The notes: generated by a model not told the origin, from the sequence alone. DNA of 59,125 nucleotides from Candidatus Omnitrophota bacterium (GCA_015233405.1 JADFXT010000013.1:1-59125); one strand, 5' to 3'. Numbered from the stretch's first letter, positions 19,404-28,580 are shown. Program-made: numbers and translations.

Positions 19404-20294
19404 TTATCTAGCTCCCTCACCGGTTAAAACAACTCTAAACGTCCTAAAGAAAATCCTTAGATCCGTCCATAAACAAATCTTTTTTATATAGAGAATGTCG
19501 TACTTCACTTTCTTTTTGACATCATCGATCGTTTCATCGTATCTGTTCCAAACTTGCGCTAATCCGGTTAATCCAGGCTTTACAGAAAGCCTTTTTTCAT
19601 AATCCGGGATCTCTCTTATAAACTTTTCCACAAAAACCGGTCTCTCAGGTCTTGGCCCGATTAAACTCATATCACCTTTAAGGATATTTAGAAATTGAGG
19701 TATCTCATCAATATGGGCTTTTCTTAAAAATTTAGCGCAAGGAATGAACCTTTTATCATTTTCAGAAGCCCAAACAGGACCAGTTTCTTTCTCAGCGTCT
19801 ACGCGCATGGTCCGGAATTTATATATCAAAAAAGCTTTACCGTTTTTTCCAACCCGTATTTGGTTATAAAAAATCGGGCCTTTTGATCCTAATTTTATGA
19901 TGATGGATGTAATCAAAAACAACGGTGAGAGAACGATTAAACCTATAATACCCGCCAAAATATCCAAAATTCTTTTAGTAACAGCATAGGTCCTGCGGAC
20001 AAAGCTAACCAACATTCCAAACAAGCCGCTTCCAAAAAGAATGATAGTTGAAGATTCTGGCATTACTGGCCTAACAGGATCCAACGGAGCGAGCAATGGA
20101 TTTTGATTCTTTGGGGAATACTTCATCTCACCTATAGGAATATCCAGCGATTTTGCATCTTCAAATCGGACATAGTTATTTAGCTGTATGGAGGATGCTG
20201 TAAAAGCCCAGGCAGAAGCTCTAGATAAAAAAATCAGCGTAAACATACCTGCAATCAAAATAAAATATTTAATTTTTCCAAGTATGCCTATCAT
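19404..20294 (-). CDS. Polyprenyl-phosphate sugar-phosphate transferase (small Bac_transf/PglC-WbaP-C type) fused to an N-terminal signal peptide plus PEP-CTERM-like segment
   Basis: 296 aa. Residues 1-30 form a signal peptide (LIFLSRASAWA). Residues 78-101 read MPESSTIILFGSGLFGMLVSFVRR. From residue 105 onward it is a canonical small PGT (KRILDILAGIIGLIVLSPLFLITSIIIKLGSKGPIFYNQIRVGKNGKAFLIYKFRTM, DEIPQFLNILKGDMSLIGPRPERP). Confidence 0.9.
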   Translation of the reverse strand: MIGILGKIKYFILIAGMFTLIFLSRASAWAFTASSIQLNNYVRFEDAKSLDIPIGEMKYSPKNQNPLLAPLDPVRPVMPESSTIILFGSGLFGMLVSFVRRTYAVTKRILDILAGIIGLIVLSPLFLITSIIIKLGSKGPIFYNQIRVGKNGKAFLIYKFRTMRVDAEKETGPVWASENDKRFIPCAKFLRKAHIDEIPQFLNILKGDMSLIGPRPERPVFVEKFIREIPDYEKRLSVKPGLTGLAQVWNRYDETIDDVKKKVKYDILYIKKICLWTDLRIFFRTFRVVLTGEGAR

Positions 20295-20353
20295 TGCTTT
20301 TGCTCCTCTTTTTATTCGGGGAAACGTTTTTTTTAATTCCCGTATTATATTGG

Positions 20354-20369
20354 AGCAAAATGCGTGCCA
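20354..20369 (-). promoter_or_regulatory. Sigma-54 (-24/-12) promoter
   Basis: The minus strand reads TGGCACGCATTTTGCT, a perfect match to TGGCACG-N4-TTGCW. It lies about 60 nt upstream of the ATG at 20294, which has the SD AAAGAGGAG. Confidence 0.75.
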
Positions 20370-20508
20370 GCCTCAGCAGAAGCACAGCCTGTTTTTTTAA
20401 AAAATCATAAATCCTTGCAGTTTATGTGTTTACAAATAATATTTTTCTTTGGCATAAAACTTTTACCCATGACTATCCTAGACACTCCCGGATACTCATA
20501 GACAAAAG

Positions 20509-20528
20509 ATGTTTAAACAATAAAACAT
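20509..20528. promoter_or_regulatory. Dyad ATGTTT-N8-AAACAT, a candidate enhancer (UAS) site
   Basis: ATGTTTAAACAATAAAACAT lies about 140-160 bp upstream of the 20354-20369 promoter. The same TGTTT-N8-AAACAT dyad occurs at 45930-45949. Confidence 0.35.
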
Positions 20529-20601
20529 TTGATGAGGATTGTTGACGGAACTATAGGCAAGAGAAGAAGAATTAAAGAAATTTTTTAAATTCAGAACTAA
20601 T

Positions 20602-21255
20602 TTACGGAAGGTATGTTCTTAAATACGGAGTTATCAATCCTGCAAACTCTCTTAAAGTTTTTTCTGCACCGGCAATGTCATTATTTTTAACAACGGTTGA
20701 AATTCGAATTAACGCGCTGCTTGATGGTTTTCCCATAAGAGTTTTAAAAGCAATTAACATTTGCTGCTTCCAATAACTTGCCGTAAATTCATCTCCCACT
20801 TTGAACCAATACATCAGCGATTGCTGCATTCCTAACCCATCCATAACCAGATTATTAAAAGGCAGATCTATGCCTTTAGGATCATCTTTTGTTGCTATAT
20901 GAATCGATTGGGTTTTCTTACTGATGGCCATTGTCCCTCCTCCTGTATAACAAATCTCTGGAGGATGCGAAACCTTTCTATTTCTTTGGGAATAAACAAC
21001 AAAAAAGTTAACATTCTCGCCGGAAGGTAAATGATAATGCCGAATAAAAGCATTTTTTGTTTCTAAAACAGCATATTCTGTTTTGGAAAGCTCTACTTCC
21101 TCAGATGTCCAGTTCCCGATCGTCCGCGGGAACCCATGGATGCTTACCGTATCTTTATACAAATAAACCTTAAAGTAACTGTTCCACGACACCACGCATA
21201 CAGATAAGAAAAGAATTATAATGAGCACGTATTTTAAGTCAAATTTGGTTTTCAT
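20602..21255 (-). CDS. EpsI-family exosortase-associated protein
   Basis: 217 aa. N-terminal TM helix, then FPRTIGNWTSEEVEL ... FIRHYHLPSGENVNFFVVYS ... SHPPEICYTGGG, the pattern typical of EpsI. It sits immediately downstream of the exosortase gene. Confidence 0.8.
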   Translation of the reverse strand: MKTKFDLKYVLIIILFLSVCVVSWNSYFKVYLYKDTVSIHGFPRTIGNWTSEEVELSKTEYAVLETKNAFIRHYHLPSGENVNFFVVYSQRNRKVSHPPEICYTGGGTMAISKKTQSIHIATKDDPKGIDLPFNNLVMDGLGMQQSLMYWFKVGDEFTASYWKQQMLIAFKTLMGKPSSSALIRISTVVKNNDIAGAEKTLREFAGLITPYLRTYLP

Positions 21256-21275
21256 TTTTTATCCTTTATCGTTTA

Positions 21276-22094
21276 TCATTCCAACAGTTTTCCAATTGAA
21301 TAAAGCAACAAAAAGGCTAAAGCAAATACTACAAATCCTGTCCCGTCATGAACAAAATGATTTATATATTGGGGTCCCCAGATTTCGCTAATACTTGCAA
21401 GAATAAGAACCCGGCATACATTTGTTATAACAGCTATGGGTATCGCACTAGCAAACAAAACACATCTTTTGATTATTGGGCCCTTCAGCCAATAGGCAAA
21501 GATGCTTCCCAAAGCCATTAATGATATCAACGACCTTAGGCCGCTGCAGACATCATCCACAATGACCTCAGAAGTAGGCATTTTAATGATGCTTCCTTGT
21601 TGTACCGCCGGTATTCGCATATGATTGAGTAACCATGTGGCCAACGTCGTGGCAAACATTTTTAAACGAAAACTTATATTGACGATAGCCACTTCCGGCA
21701 GAGGAACCATAAAAAGCAAGAACGCCAGCGGAAATGAAATCTTCAAAAACATTTCCTTGCCCCAAAAATATAGCACCATTCCATAAAGGACAATCAGCAT
21801 GGATAACCCTGAGGAAAAATATATTCTAAATAAAGAACTCAACAAATAAATAACAAGTCCGATGATTATCAAAGGCAGCCCTAGTGGAGATTCTTTGGGC
21901 TTTATCATTTTGAGCTTATCTCTAATCTGCCATATCAAAAAACAGCTAACAAACGGGACAAGAACTCCATGGCTGTAATACGAATCCCGGACAAACCACC
22001 GATCCCACATCCAATGCAAGATTGGAAAATAAGCCAGGATGAATAAAATGCCGGCAAAAGCTTGCTTCTTGTAGTCATTAATGAATTTTCTCAT
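21276..22094 (-). CDS. Exosortase (EpsH/Xrt family) transpeptidase
   Basis: 272 aa with about 8 TM helices. Signature blocks are WMWDRWFVRDSYYSHGVLVP, MVPLPE, the catalytic-Cys block DDVCSGLRSLISL, NVCRV and HFVHDGTGFVVF. Confidence 0.9.
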   Translation of the reverse strand: MRKFINDYKKQAFAGILFILAYFPILHWMWDRWFVRDSYYSHGVLVPFVSCFLIWQIRDKLKMIKPKESPLGLPLIIIGLVIYLLSSLFRIYFSSGLSMLIVLYGMVLYFWGKEMFLKISFPLAFLLFMVPLPEVAIVNISFRLKMFATTLATWLLNHMRIPAVQQGSIIKMPTSEVIVDDVCSGLRSLISLMALGSIFAYWLKGPIIKRCVLFASAIPIAVITNVCRVLILASISEIWGPQYINHFVHDGTGFVVFALAFLLLYSIGKLLE

Positions 22095-22109
22095 GATTAT
22101 CCCATCCTC

Positions 22110-23135
22110 TTATTTTACCTTTTTAATTTCTGGGCCTATTGCGCATCTCGTTCTATGAAATTTCCCTTCCTCCAAATACCAAGCGACCATTCTCTTCAAT
22201 CCCTCGTCGCTAGAAAACCTTTGTTGATAGCCAAGCTTTCTTACTTTATCAGAAGCATAAAGAGTGTTAGCGTTAAACTTTTTTATACGTTTAGCCGTTA
22301 TAGGAAAATTTTTATTAGTAAATTTTGCCGCAATATCAAAAGGATAAGCCAAAAAAACCGCAAGACTTAATGGGAACTTAAATTTTATCGGCTTTAGTCC
22401 TAATTCTTTTCTAATGATATTTGCGATCTCAATCGATGTCTTTTGAGGAAGATCCGAATAGTTAAATCGCTCTATACCGGCAGACATTCTTTGTATCATA
22501 TGGAAAGTCGCCTCAACTAAATTCTCCACATACGCCGTAGATTTCTTATTGGCCCCATCCCCAACCATAAAGAATCTTTTCAAATAAATATTATCAATCA
22601 AACGAAACATGTTCGCATAATTTTTAGGGCCATAAACAACCACCGGACGGACGATCAAGACTTCCCTTGTCGCATCTTCACTCGCCCATTTCTCAATTAA
22701 CTTTTCTCCAGCCAGCTTTGATTCTCCATAATCATTAGATGGCACATAAGGAGTGCTTTCATCTATTTCAAAATCATGCGTTCCATAAACCGCGACCGTA
22801 CTAAAGAAAACAAACCTTTTTATTCCAAGCTTTGACAAACAATTCAAGCAATTACGTGTTCCGGATTCATTAATAAGGAAGAAGTCTTCTCTCGATATCC
22901 CGAAATCATGATGCTTTGCTGCTAAATTAATCACCAGCTCAACGCCTTTGGCCGCGACAAGAACATCATCTTCATTCAAGATGTCTCCTTTATGCGTAAA
23001 ATAACCGCTGGAATCATCATTTTGAGCGGTTATATCAAGCCCGACTATCTTGTGACCCTGTTTGATGAGATATCGGCTCATATGACCGCCAATAAAGCCT
23101 TTGTTCCCTATAATAAGTATTTTCATAACTATCAC
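22110..23135 (-). CDS. NAD-dependent sugar epimerase/dehydratase (extended SDR)
   Basis: 341 aa. Rossmann motif KILIIGNKGFIGGH and catalytic YxxxK (YGESKLAGE). Confidence 0.85.
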   Translation of the reverse strand: MIVMKILIIGNKGFIGGHMSRYLIKQGHKIVGLDITAQNDDSSGYFTHKGDILNEDDVLVAAKGVELVINLAAKHHDFGISREDFFLINESGTRNCLNCLSKLGIKRFVFFSTVAVYGTHDFEIDESTPYVPSNDYGESKLAGEKLIEKWASEDATREVLIVRPVVVYGPKNYANMFRLIDNIYLKRFFMVGDGANKKSTAYVENLVEATFHMIQRMSAGIERFNYSDLPQKTSIEIANIIRKELGLKPIKFKFPLSLAVFLAYPFDIAAKFTNKNFPITAKRIKKFNANTLYASDKVRKLGYQQRFSSDEGLKRMVAWYLEEGKFHRTRCAIGPEIKKVK

Positions 23136-23141
23136 CCTCCC

Positions 23142-24278
23142 TCAGCGAGCCGTTTCCCAAGTAGCCATTCTATTCCCAGAAGCATACTCCAGAAAACCGA
23201 CAAAAATCGCATAATTGGATAAACAAAAATAATAAACAGCGTTAAGTAGCTTAGGTCTATTGTTGTGATAAAAATGGCCCGTTATTCCTAAGACATAAAA
23301 TAAAACTTGGCATATTAAAAGCATCAAATAAAAAAGAGATCCGAAAGACATCATGAGACAGACCAGAAATAACATGATCAACAAAAACGGCGAAAGCAAC
23401 CTGAAAAGTTTATGCGATATCAGCATGACCGAATACAATCCATATTTAATGAAATTGAGCATACAAGCCTGGTCTAATAAACCTCCGATATTTTGAACGG
23501 TAATCCTAACCCTTTTTTTAATTTCATCTTTACCTGTTGGAACAGTAACTTCGCGGCAAACAGCTTCTGGTTCAAAAACCGTTAAGAAGCCTCTCTTTTT
23601 AACTGTCAGCGGGACCAAAAGATCATCCGCCAGATAATCCTTTATATAGATAGGATACAGACCTTTTCTGACAGCATAAAAAGTTCCAGACACAGAGGTC
23701 AAAGAACTAAGTCTGCTTTCAAAATTTTTTACCCCATCCTCATATTCCCAGTAAGTTTTTTCGCCTTCTCCTATACTTAGTTCCCCAGGGTCAACATATT
23801 TAAGGCGCCCACCGACGCAACCGACTTTTTTATCATTAAAATTTCTAACCAATTTCAAGATGCCATCTTTTTCCAGAATCCCTGTCGCATCTGAAAATAT
23901 AATAATATCTCCCTTGAGGCTTGGAATGACATTTCTGTACGCAGCTATTTTCCCTCCCCTATTTCTTAAACGGCACAAACGAACACCCCTAAGAGAAAAA
24001 GATCTAACAATCGCATCCGTATTATCAGAAGAGCAATCTGAGGCTACAACTATTTCAATTTTATCTTTCGGATAATCAAGGGATAGAACGTTTTCCAACT
24101 TCTCGGCAATAGCCGCCTGTTCATTGTAGGCAGGGATCACAATGCTAACGAATGGATAAACTCCTGCCTTGTTCACCTTATACGGCTTTACGAACATATT
24201 AAGCAGTCGAAGCGCCACAGGATAACCAATATAAGTGTGGAAAATCAATACCAGCAAGACTATAAACAAAATGGTCAT
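23142..24278 (-). CDS. Family 2 glycosyltransferase with flanking TM helices (membrane-embedded GT2)
   Basis: 378 aa. VSIVIPAYNEQ, VVASDCSSDNTD, IIFSDATG and C-terminal TM helices. Confidence 0.85.
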   Translation of the reverse strand: MTILFIVLLVLIFHTYIGYPVALRLLNMFVKPYKVNKAGVYPFVSIVIPAYNEQAAIAEKLENVLSLDYPKDKIEIVVASDCSSDNTDAIVRSFSLRGVRLCRLRNRGGKIAAYRNVIPSLKGDIIIFSDATGILEKDGILKLVRNFNDKKVGCVGGRLKYVDPGELSIGEGEKTYWEYEDGVKNFESRLSSLTSVSGTFYAVRKGLYPIYIKDYLADDLLVPLTVKKRGFLTVFEPEAVCREVTVPTGKDEIKKRVRITVQNIGGLLDQACMLNFIKYGLYSVMLISHKLFRLLSPFLLIMLFLVCLMMSFGSLFYLMLLICQVLFYVLGITGHFYHNNRPKLLNAVYYFCLSNYAIFVGFLEYASGNRMATWETAR

Positions 24279-24279
24279 T

Positions 24280-25245
24280 TTAATCCTTTTTTCCTTTTAT
24301 AGCGACGAGCTCTCTTCCCCATAGATTTAAATCAAAAAGAGCAACTGTCCGCGCTAGCCCATATATAAAATATAAAAACACAAGCGCGCCTGAATATCTA
24401 TACTCTCTCGTTCGCAAGATCGTTTTTATGGACATAACCAACGGAATTACAAATGCCAATAAAACAAAAAGAACTATTCCCAGAAGATCTTTCGTCAGCA
24501 ACGATTTTATTATTCCGATCAAAGAACATATTAGAAAAAAAGAAAAAACCATGGTTTTATCCGTAATATACCGCGGGAACTCTCTGACAAATCTCTGGAC
24601 AGCTCCAATTCCATGCCATCTCTGTTTTAAAAAAAACTGTTTAACGGTTTTCGCCTCTCCTAAATGCGTAACTGCGATATTAGACGAGGAATAAATACGA
24701 TTCCCTCCATCAATTAACCTTGTGCAAATATCCGTATCTTCCCCTGTCTTAAGCGCCTCATTAAATCCATGAACGCTCAAAAATACCTCTCGCTTAATGA
24801 TCAAATCTCCGCTGGGAACCCATTTGACAAATTGACCTTCTCCTCTTCGCCAAGACATTTGCAAATCCCACACCTTCTCTACCCACGTCGGCTTATTTGA
24901 TATCCAATACCAACAACCCACAACCGAAACTTGCTTCTCTTTCATAAGAGTTAAAGCATTCTTAACCCAATCTTTACCAGGAACACAGTCGCTATCTAAA
25001 AAGAACAAAACGTCCCCAGTTGCTCGCCTTGCCCCAATATTCCTTAGCCCAGAAACATTCGCATCCGCGTCAATGATCACATTTTTAGTATAAGCTTTAG
25101 CAATCGCTACTGTTCTATCAGAAGAGCCGTTATCAACAACGATCAGCTCTATCTGCTCGGCAGGAAAAGTCTGGCCGGCAACAGCGCCTAAACACTTTTC
25201 TAAATATTTCTGTGAATAATATGTTGGAATAATGATTGATATCAT
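24280..25245 (-). CDS. Family 2 glycosyltransferase
   Basis: 321 aa. ISIIIPTYY, IVVDNGSSDRT, FFLDSDC and a C-terminal TM region. Confidence 0.85.
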   Translation of the reverse strand: MISIIIPTYYSQKYLEKCLGAVAGQTFPAEQIELIVVDNGSSDRTVAIAKAYTKNVIIDADANVSGLRNIGARRATGDVLFFLDSDCVPGKDWVKNALTLMKEKQVSVVGCWYWISNKPTWVEKVWDLQMSWRRGEGQFVKWVPSGDLIIKREVFLSVHGFNEALKTGEDTDICTRLIDGGNRIYSSSNIAVTHLGEAKTVKQFFLKQRWHGIGAVQRFVREFPRYITDKTMVFSFFLICSLIGIIKSLLTKDLLGIVLFVLLAFVIPLVMSIKTILRTREYRYSGALVFLYFIYGLARTVALFDLNLWGRELVAIKGKKD

Positions 25246-28200
25246 GGTTTGAGCGTGTATATTTTCTCGATCATTTCTGATATTTTTGCCCGATATTGAT
25301 TAAATTTTTCGACCGGCAATTTCTTGCTTAATTCAACCGACAGATTATCATCGATTTCCTTTAACAAATTATTGGCCTCATTTCTTAAAGCTAAATTACT
25401 TTCATTAAACACCGTCGATTCAATAAGTTTCTCAAGTGTCTTTATATATCGATAATCATCTATGCCCTCTCTAGCTAATTCAAACCAAACAGCATTGATG
25501 GGGCCTTGAAATGAAGGATACGACGCACAATAATCGCTTTCTCTGCCATCAAGATCAAAATATGGATCTACAGCAGGAAGCTGATAATGCCACTGGACAC
25601 GGCCCTTGGCTTTTGTTTTCCAAAGATAATATCCGAAGGAGAAGCGGTCCTGTCCGATGTTATAAAACCAAATATCGGTGTTTACCTCCTGAGCATATTT
25701 CAACAAAGACTCGGAAATGCCCAATCCATTATTTATTGTTGCGGTCTTTAAATAAGGAAAGATCTCTTTATCGTTCTTCCCGTTAAAATATCCTGTTACA
25801 TTCAATCCCGCATCTTTAAGGATTCCTGCGGCATTCTTTATTGAATCAATCCCCTCTCCGCCCGAATTGGAAACCTCATCAGCTAATCCAATCAAAATCT
25901 CATTACCTGTTAAATCTTTAGCTGAATTATTAATTTGCTTAAACGCAGATACGAGCGCTTTGTTAAAAAGATCGTTCGAATCTTTTGTCCTTTCCTTGAT
26001 ATGCTTAAAGACAGAAATCAACCCATATCCTGAAATAGGCTTATCAAAACCAAAATGTTTATAAACATGTAAAAACTCGTCAAAAAAATTAGAATCTAAA
26101 GAAGCATCTCCATTGGGGTCAATTTCTTTTATTTTAGGAGCCAGGCTTAAAGCGAGCGTATTCATCCCGTGATCTCTTATGTCCTTCAATTGCCCCTCAA
26201 TAGCTGACCAGCGCTGTGTTTTTGTTTCTTCATACCAGTCATATTGAGGCGGCATGGCATAAAACAAACCGATGGGAATATCCAGGGCACTCAATTCAAA
26301 TGGCAACACTTTTGCCTCGACGTCAAAAGACCCAACCGCTGCGGCAGCATTTACCTCAGCGCCTTCCTTATATGGATATATCTTAATTTTGCCCTTATAA
26401 GTACCCGGTGGCGTTCCGTTAGGGACATGGACAGTTATCCATTGATATCGCGTTAAACCTGATAAACCGTCAAAATCAGCAATATCTCGCAACAACTCTC
26501 CTCGAATGGCATAGACATTAGACCCGCTAAGTTTTAATTTATATTGAACGGTTCGTATTCGTATATTCTCAGCAGAGAAAATCTGTCCGTTTTCCGACAC
26601 AAGGTCTTCAGCTTTAACGATAAACGAACCATCTTTCTTCAGAGGATAAAACCCTAAAACAAACGGCTCATATTCTCCTTGAGAAATCGCTAGTTTTATA
26701 ATATTGTTAATCTGACTTGGATTAGGTGTATCATAGGGAAGCAACGGCTCATTAAAATCTTTGATAAACGGGATAAAACTTTTCTCTGCAAATTTTTGCG
26801 CCAAATCAGTACTAAGCTTTTCTTTATTAACGCTTGTCTCAACATATGTGGCGTCGATAAACTCTTTTCTCTCTTTGTCCAATTCTTTTAAAAACTTCTG
26901 AACCTCGCCATCCTTGTTTAAAGGAGCAACTATTAAGGCGGAGACCGTGTTTGCATAGCCATTGGCCGGGTCAAACGAAAGCGATAACTGTCCTCCTTCC
27001 ACTTTTACCTCAAATCTTCGCCAGACAAATCGCTTCTGTATATATTCGTTAAAAATATCTTCGCCGGGCTTATCCTCAAGCGATAAATTTTTATAATAGT
27101 ATTCTTTAAAAAATTTTTCCGCCGACATTGCTTCATCTATGACAATCTTCCCATTGGCCATAACCTTACGATACGTATAATTCTGATAGTATTCCCAGAA
27201 TCCTGGATCCTCGAGCATGATATAAACAACATAATCCCCATTCTCTACATCAACCTTAAATGGACCGCCTCCTAATACCCAATCGCGAAACAAAGGGTCT
27301 GGATATTGCCGGTCTTCAGCCCTCAACCCCCAAATGTTTTCCCACCCAAATCCTAAATCCTTACTATAAGCCGTTTTATCTGTTACCTGGCCAAACCCTG
27401 GCCAAACCGGCGACGACTCTTTACCGAAATCAAAACATTTCATTCCGCCTATTTTCGCCACATCCGATTTATCCAGGCGAATGTTATCAAAATAAAGAAC
27501 TGTTTCTTTGTCTGGATTAATTAAGAAAATAACCAACTCCATAATCTGTGTAATATCGATATTGCGGCTCTTATCATTTGTTTTAAGCCCTGTTATATTA
27601 AGGATAAATTGACTTTTGCCCGGCTTAAACGCAAATTGGCCGTCATATCTACTCACATAGTTATGCCCACCGGGAACATCTTTAATAAGAATTCCAAATT
27701 TAACAACCTCGCTCGATGGATTAAAGACATCAAATTTAAGAGTGTCATACCCGGACCAATCAGAAGGAAGGTTTTTGGAAGATAATCCCGGATAACTTTT
27801 TTTAGGATATGTTACCTTAAGACATTTTCCCGACGCGCAATTTTCATCAGAAACCACCTCATTCTTTACCCCGGACCAACCGACAGGGTCATCCCCCTCA
27901 AAAGAGCTAAATATTCCTGAATTTTTTGAAAAAGATTTTTTCTTAGTATTAGAACCTTCAGCCTTCACGCTTTTTGATTTCTCTAAACGGATATTGTCAA
28001 AATACAAAGTGGTGTTCTGACCGGGATTAACCAAAAAAATCACCAGATCCATTACTTGGTGGATATCCATTGGACGGCTTTTATTATTGGTCTTGAGACT
28101 TTTTATATCGAGAGAAAAGTCATTCATACCAGGCTTAAACGCAAATTGACCATCATATCGATTGGCATAACTATGCCCACCTGGAATGTCCTTAATAAGC

Positions 28201-28580
28201 ACGCCGAAATTGACCACAAAATTCTCAGGATTAAAAACTTCGAACTTTAGAGTATCGAAACCAGACCAATCCGCTGGCAAATTTTTTGCTTCTAAGCCTG
28301 GATAGCCGCCCTTAGGATAAACAACCTCTAAACATTTTCCTTCAGCGCAAAACTTATTAGATACTATTTCAATTTTTAAGGCGGTTCCATCCCAAGAAAC
28401 TACATCATGGCCCTCAAACGTGCTAAAAATATTTCCTGCAACATTTGGAGCTGTTGTCTTCTTTCCAGAGTTCACGCTTGAGGCGTGACACTTTAGACCT
28501 TTCATCATTTCAGGAACAAAACTGGAGAATATAATTCCTGCAACAAATCCCGCAAAAAACATCATTAATGGTTTTCTCAT
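25242..28580 (-). CDS. Large exported protein with two tandem carbohydrate-binding-like domains and a C-terminal glycoside-hydrolase-like (DUF4091-like) region
   Basis: 1112 aa. Signal-anchor present. Residues 52-202 and 224-372 are clear duplicates. The C-terminal part (WFYNIGQDRFSFGYYLWKTKAKGRVQWHYQ ... AREGIDDYRYIKTLEKL) resembles DUF4091/GH-like TIM-barrel proteins. The functional call is by eye only. Confidence 0.5.
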   Translation of the reverse strand: MRKPLMMFFAGFVAGIIFSSFVPEMMKGLKCHASSVNSGKKTTAPNVAGNIFSTFEGHDVVSWDGTALKIEIVSNKFCAEGKCLEVVYPKGGYPGLEAKNLPADWSGFDTLKFEVFNPENFVVNFGVLIKDIPGGHSYANRYDGQFAFKPGMNDFSLDIKSLKTNNKSRPMDIHQVMDLVIFLVNPGQNTTLYFDNIRLEKSKSVKAEGSNTKKKSFSKNSGIFSSFEGDDPVGWSGVKNEVVSDENCASGKCLKVTYPKKSYPGLSSKNLPSDWSGYDTLKFDVFNPSSEVVKFGILIKDVPGGHNYVSRYDGQFAFKPGKSQFILNITGLKTNDKSRNIDITQIMELVIFLINPDKETVLYFDNIRLDKSDVAKIGGMKCFDFGKESSPVWPGFGQVTDKTAYSKDLGFGWENIWGLRAEDRQYPDPLFRDWVLGGGPFKVDVENGDYVVYIMLEDPGFWEYYQNYTYRKVMANGKIVIDEAMSAEKFFKEYYYKNLSLEDKPGEDIFNEYIQKRFVWRRFEVKVEGGQLSLSFDPANGYANTVSALIVAPLNKDGEVQKFLKELDKERKEFIDATYVETSVNKEKLSTDLAQKFAEKSFIPFIKDFNEPLLPYDTPNPSQINNIIKLAISQGEYEPFVLGFYPLKKDGSFIVKAEDLVSENGQIFSAENIRIRTVQYKLKLSGSNVYAIRGELLRDIADFDGLSGLTRYQWITVHVPNGTPPGTYKGKIKIYPYKEGAEVNAAAAVGSFDVEAKVLPFELSALDIPIGLFYAMPPQYDWYEETKTQRWSAIEGQLKDIRDHGMNTLALSLAPKIKEIDPNGDASLDSNFFDEFLHVYKHFGFDKPISGYGLISVFKHIKERTKDSNDLFNKALVSAFKQINNSAKDLTGNEILIGLADEVSNSGGEGIDSIKNAAGILKDAGLNVTGYFNGKNDKEIFPYLKTATINNGLGISESLLKYAQEVNTDIWFYNIGQDRFSFGYYLWKTKAKGRVQWHYQLPAVDPYFDLDGRESDYCASYPSFQGPINAVWFELAREGIDDYRYIKTLEKLIESTVFNESNLALRNEANNLLKEIDDNLSVELSKKLPVEKFNQYRAKISEMIEKIYTLKP
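27465..28427 (-). repeat. Intragenic tandem duplication (two domain copies of about 150 aa)
   Basis: Copy 1 is FSTFEGHDVVSWDG...YPGLEAKNLPADWSGFDTLKFEVFNP...RYDGQFAFKPG...LYFDNIRLEKS. Copy 2 is FSSFEGDDPVGWSG...YPGLSSKNLPSDWSGYDTLKFDVFNP...RYDGQFAFKPG...LYFDNIRLDKS. Confidence 0.9.
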
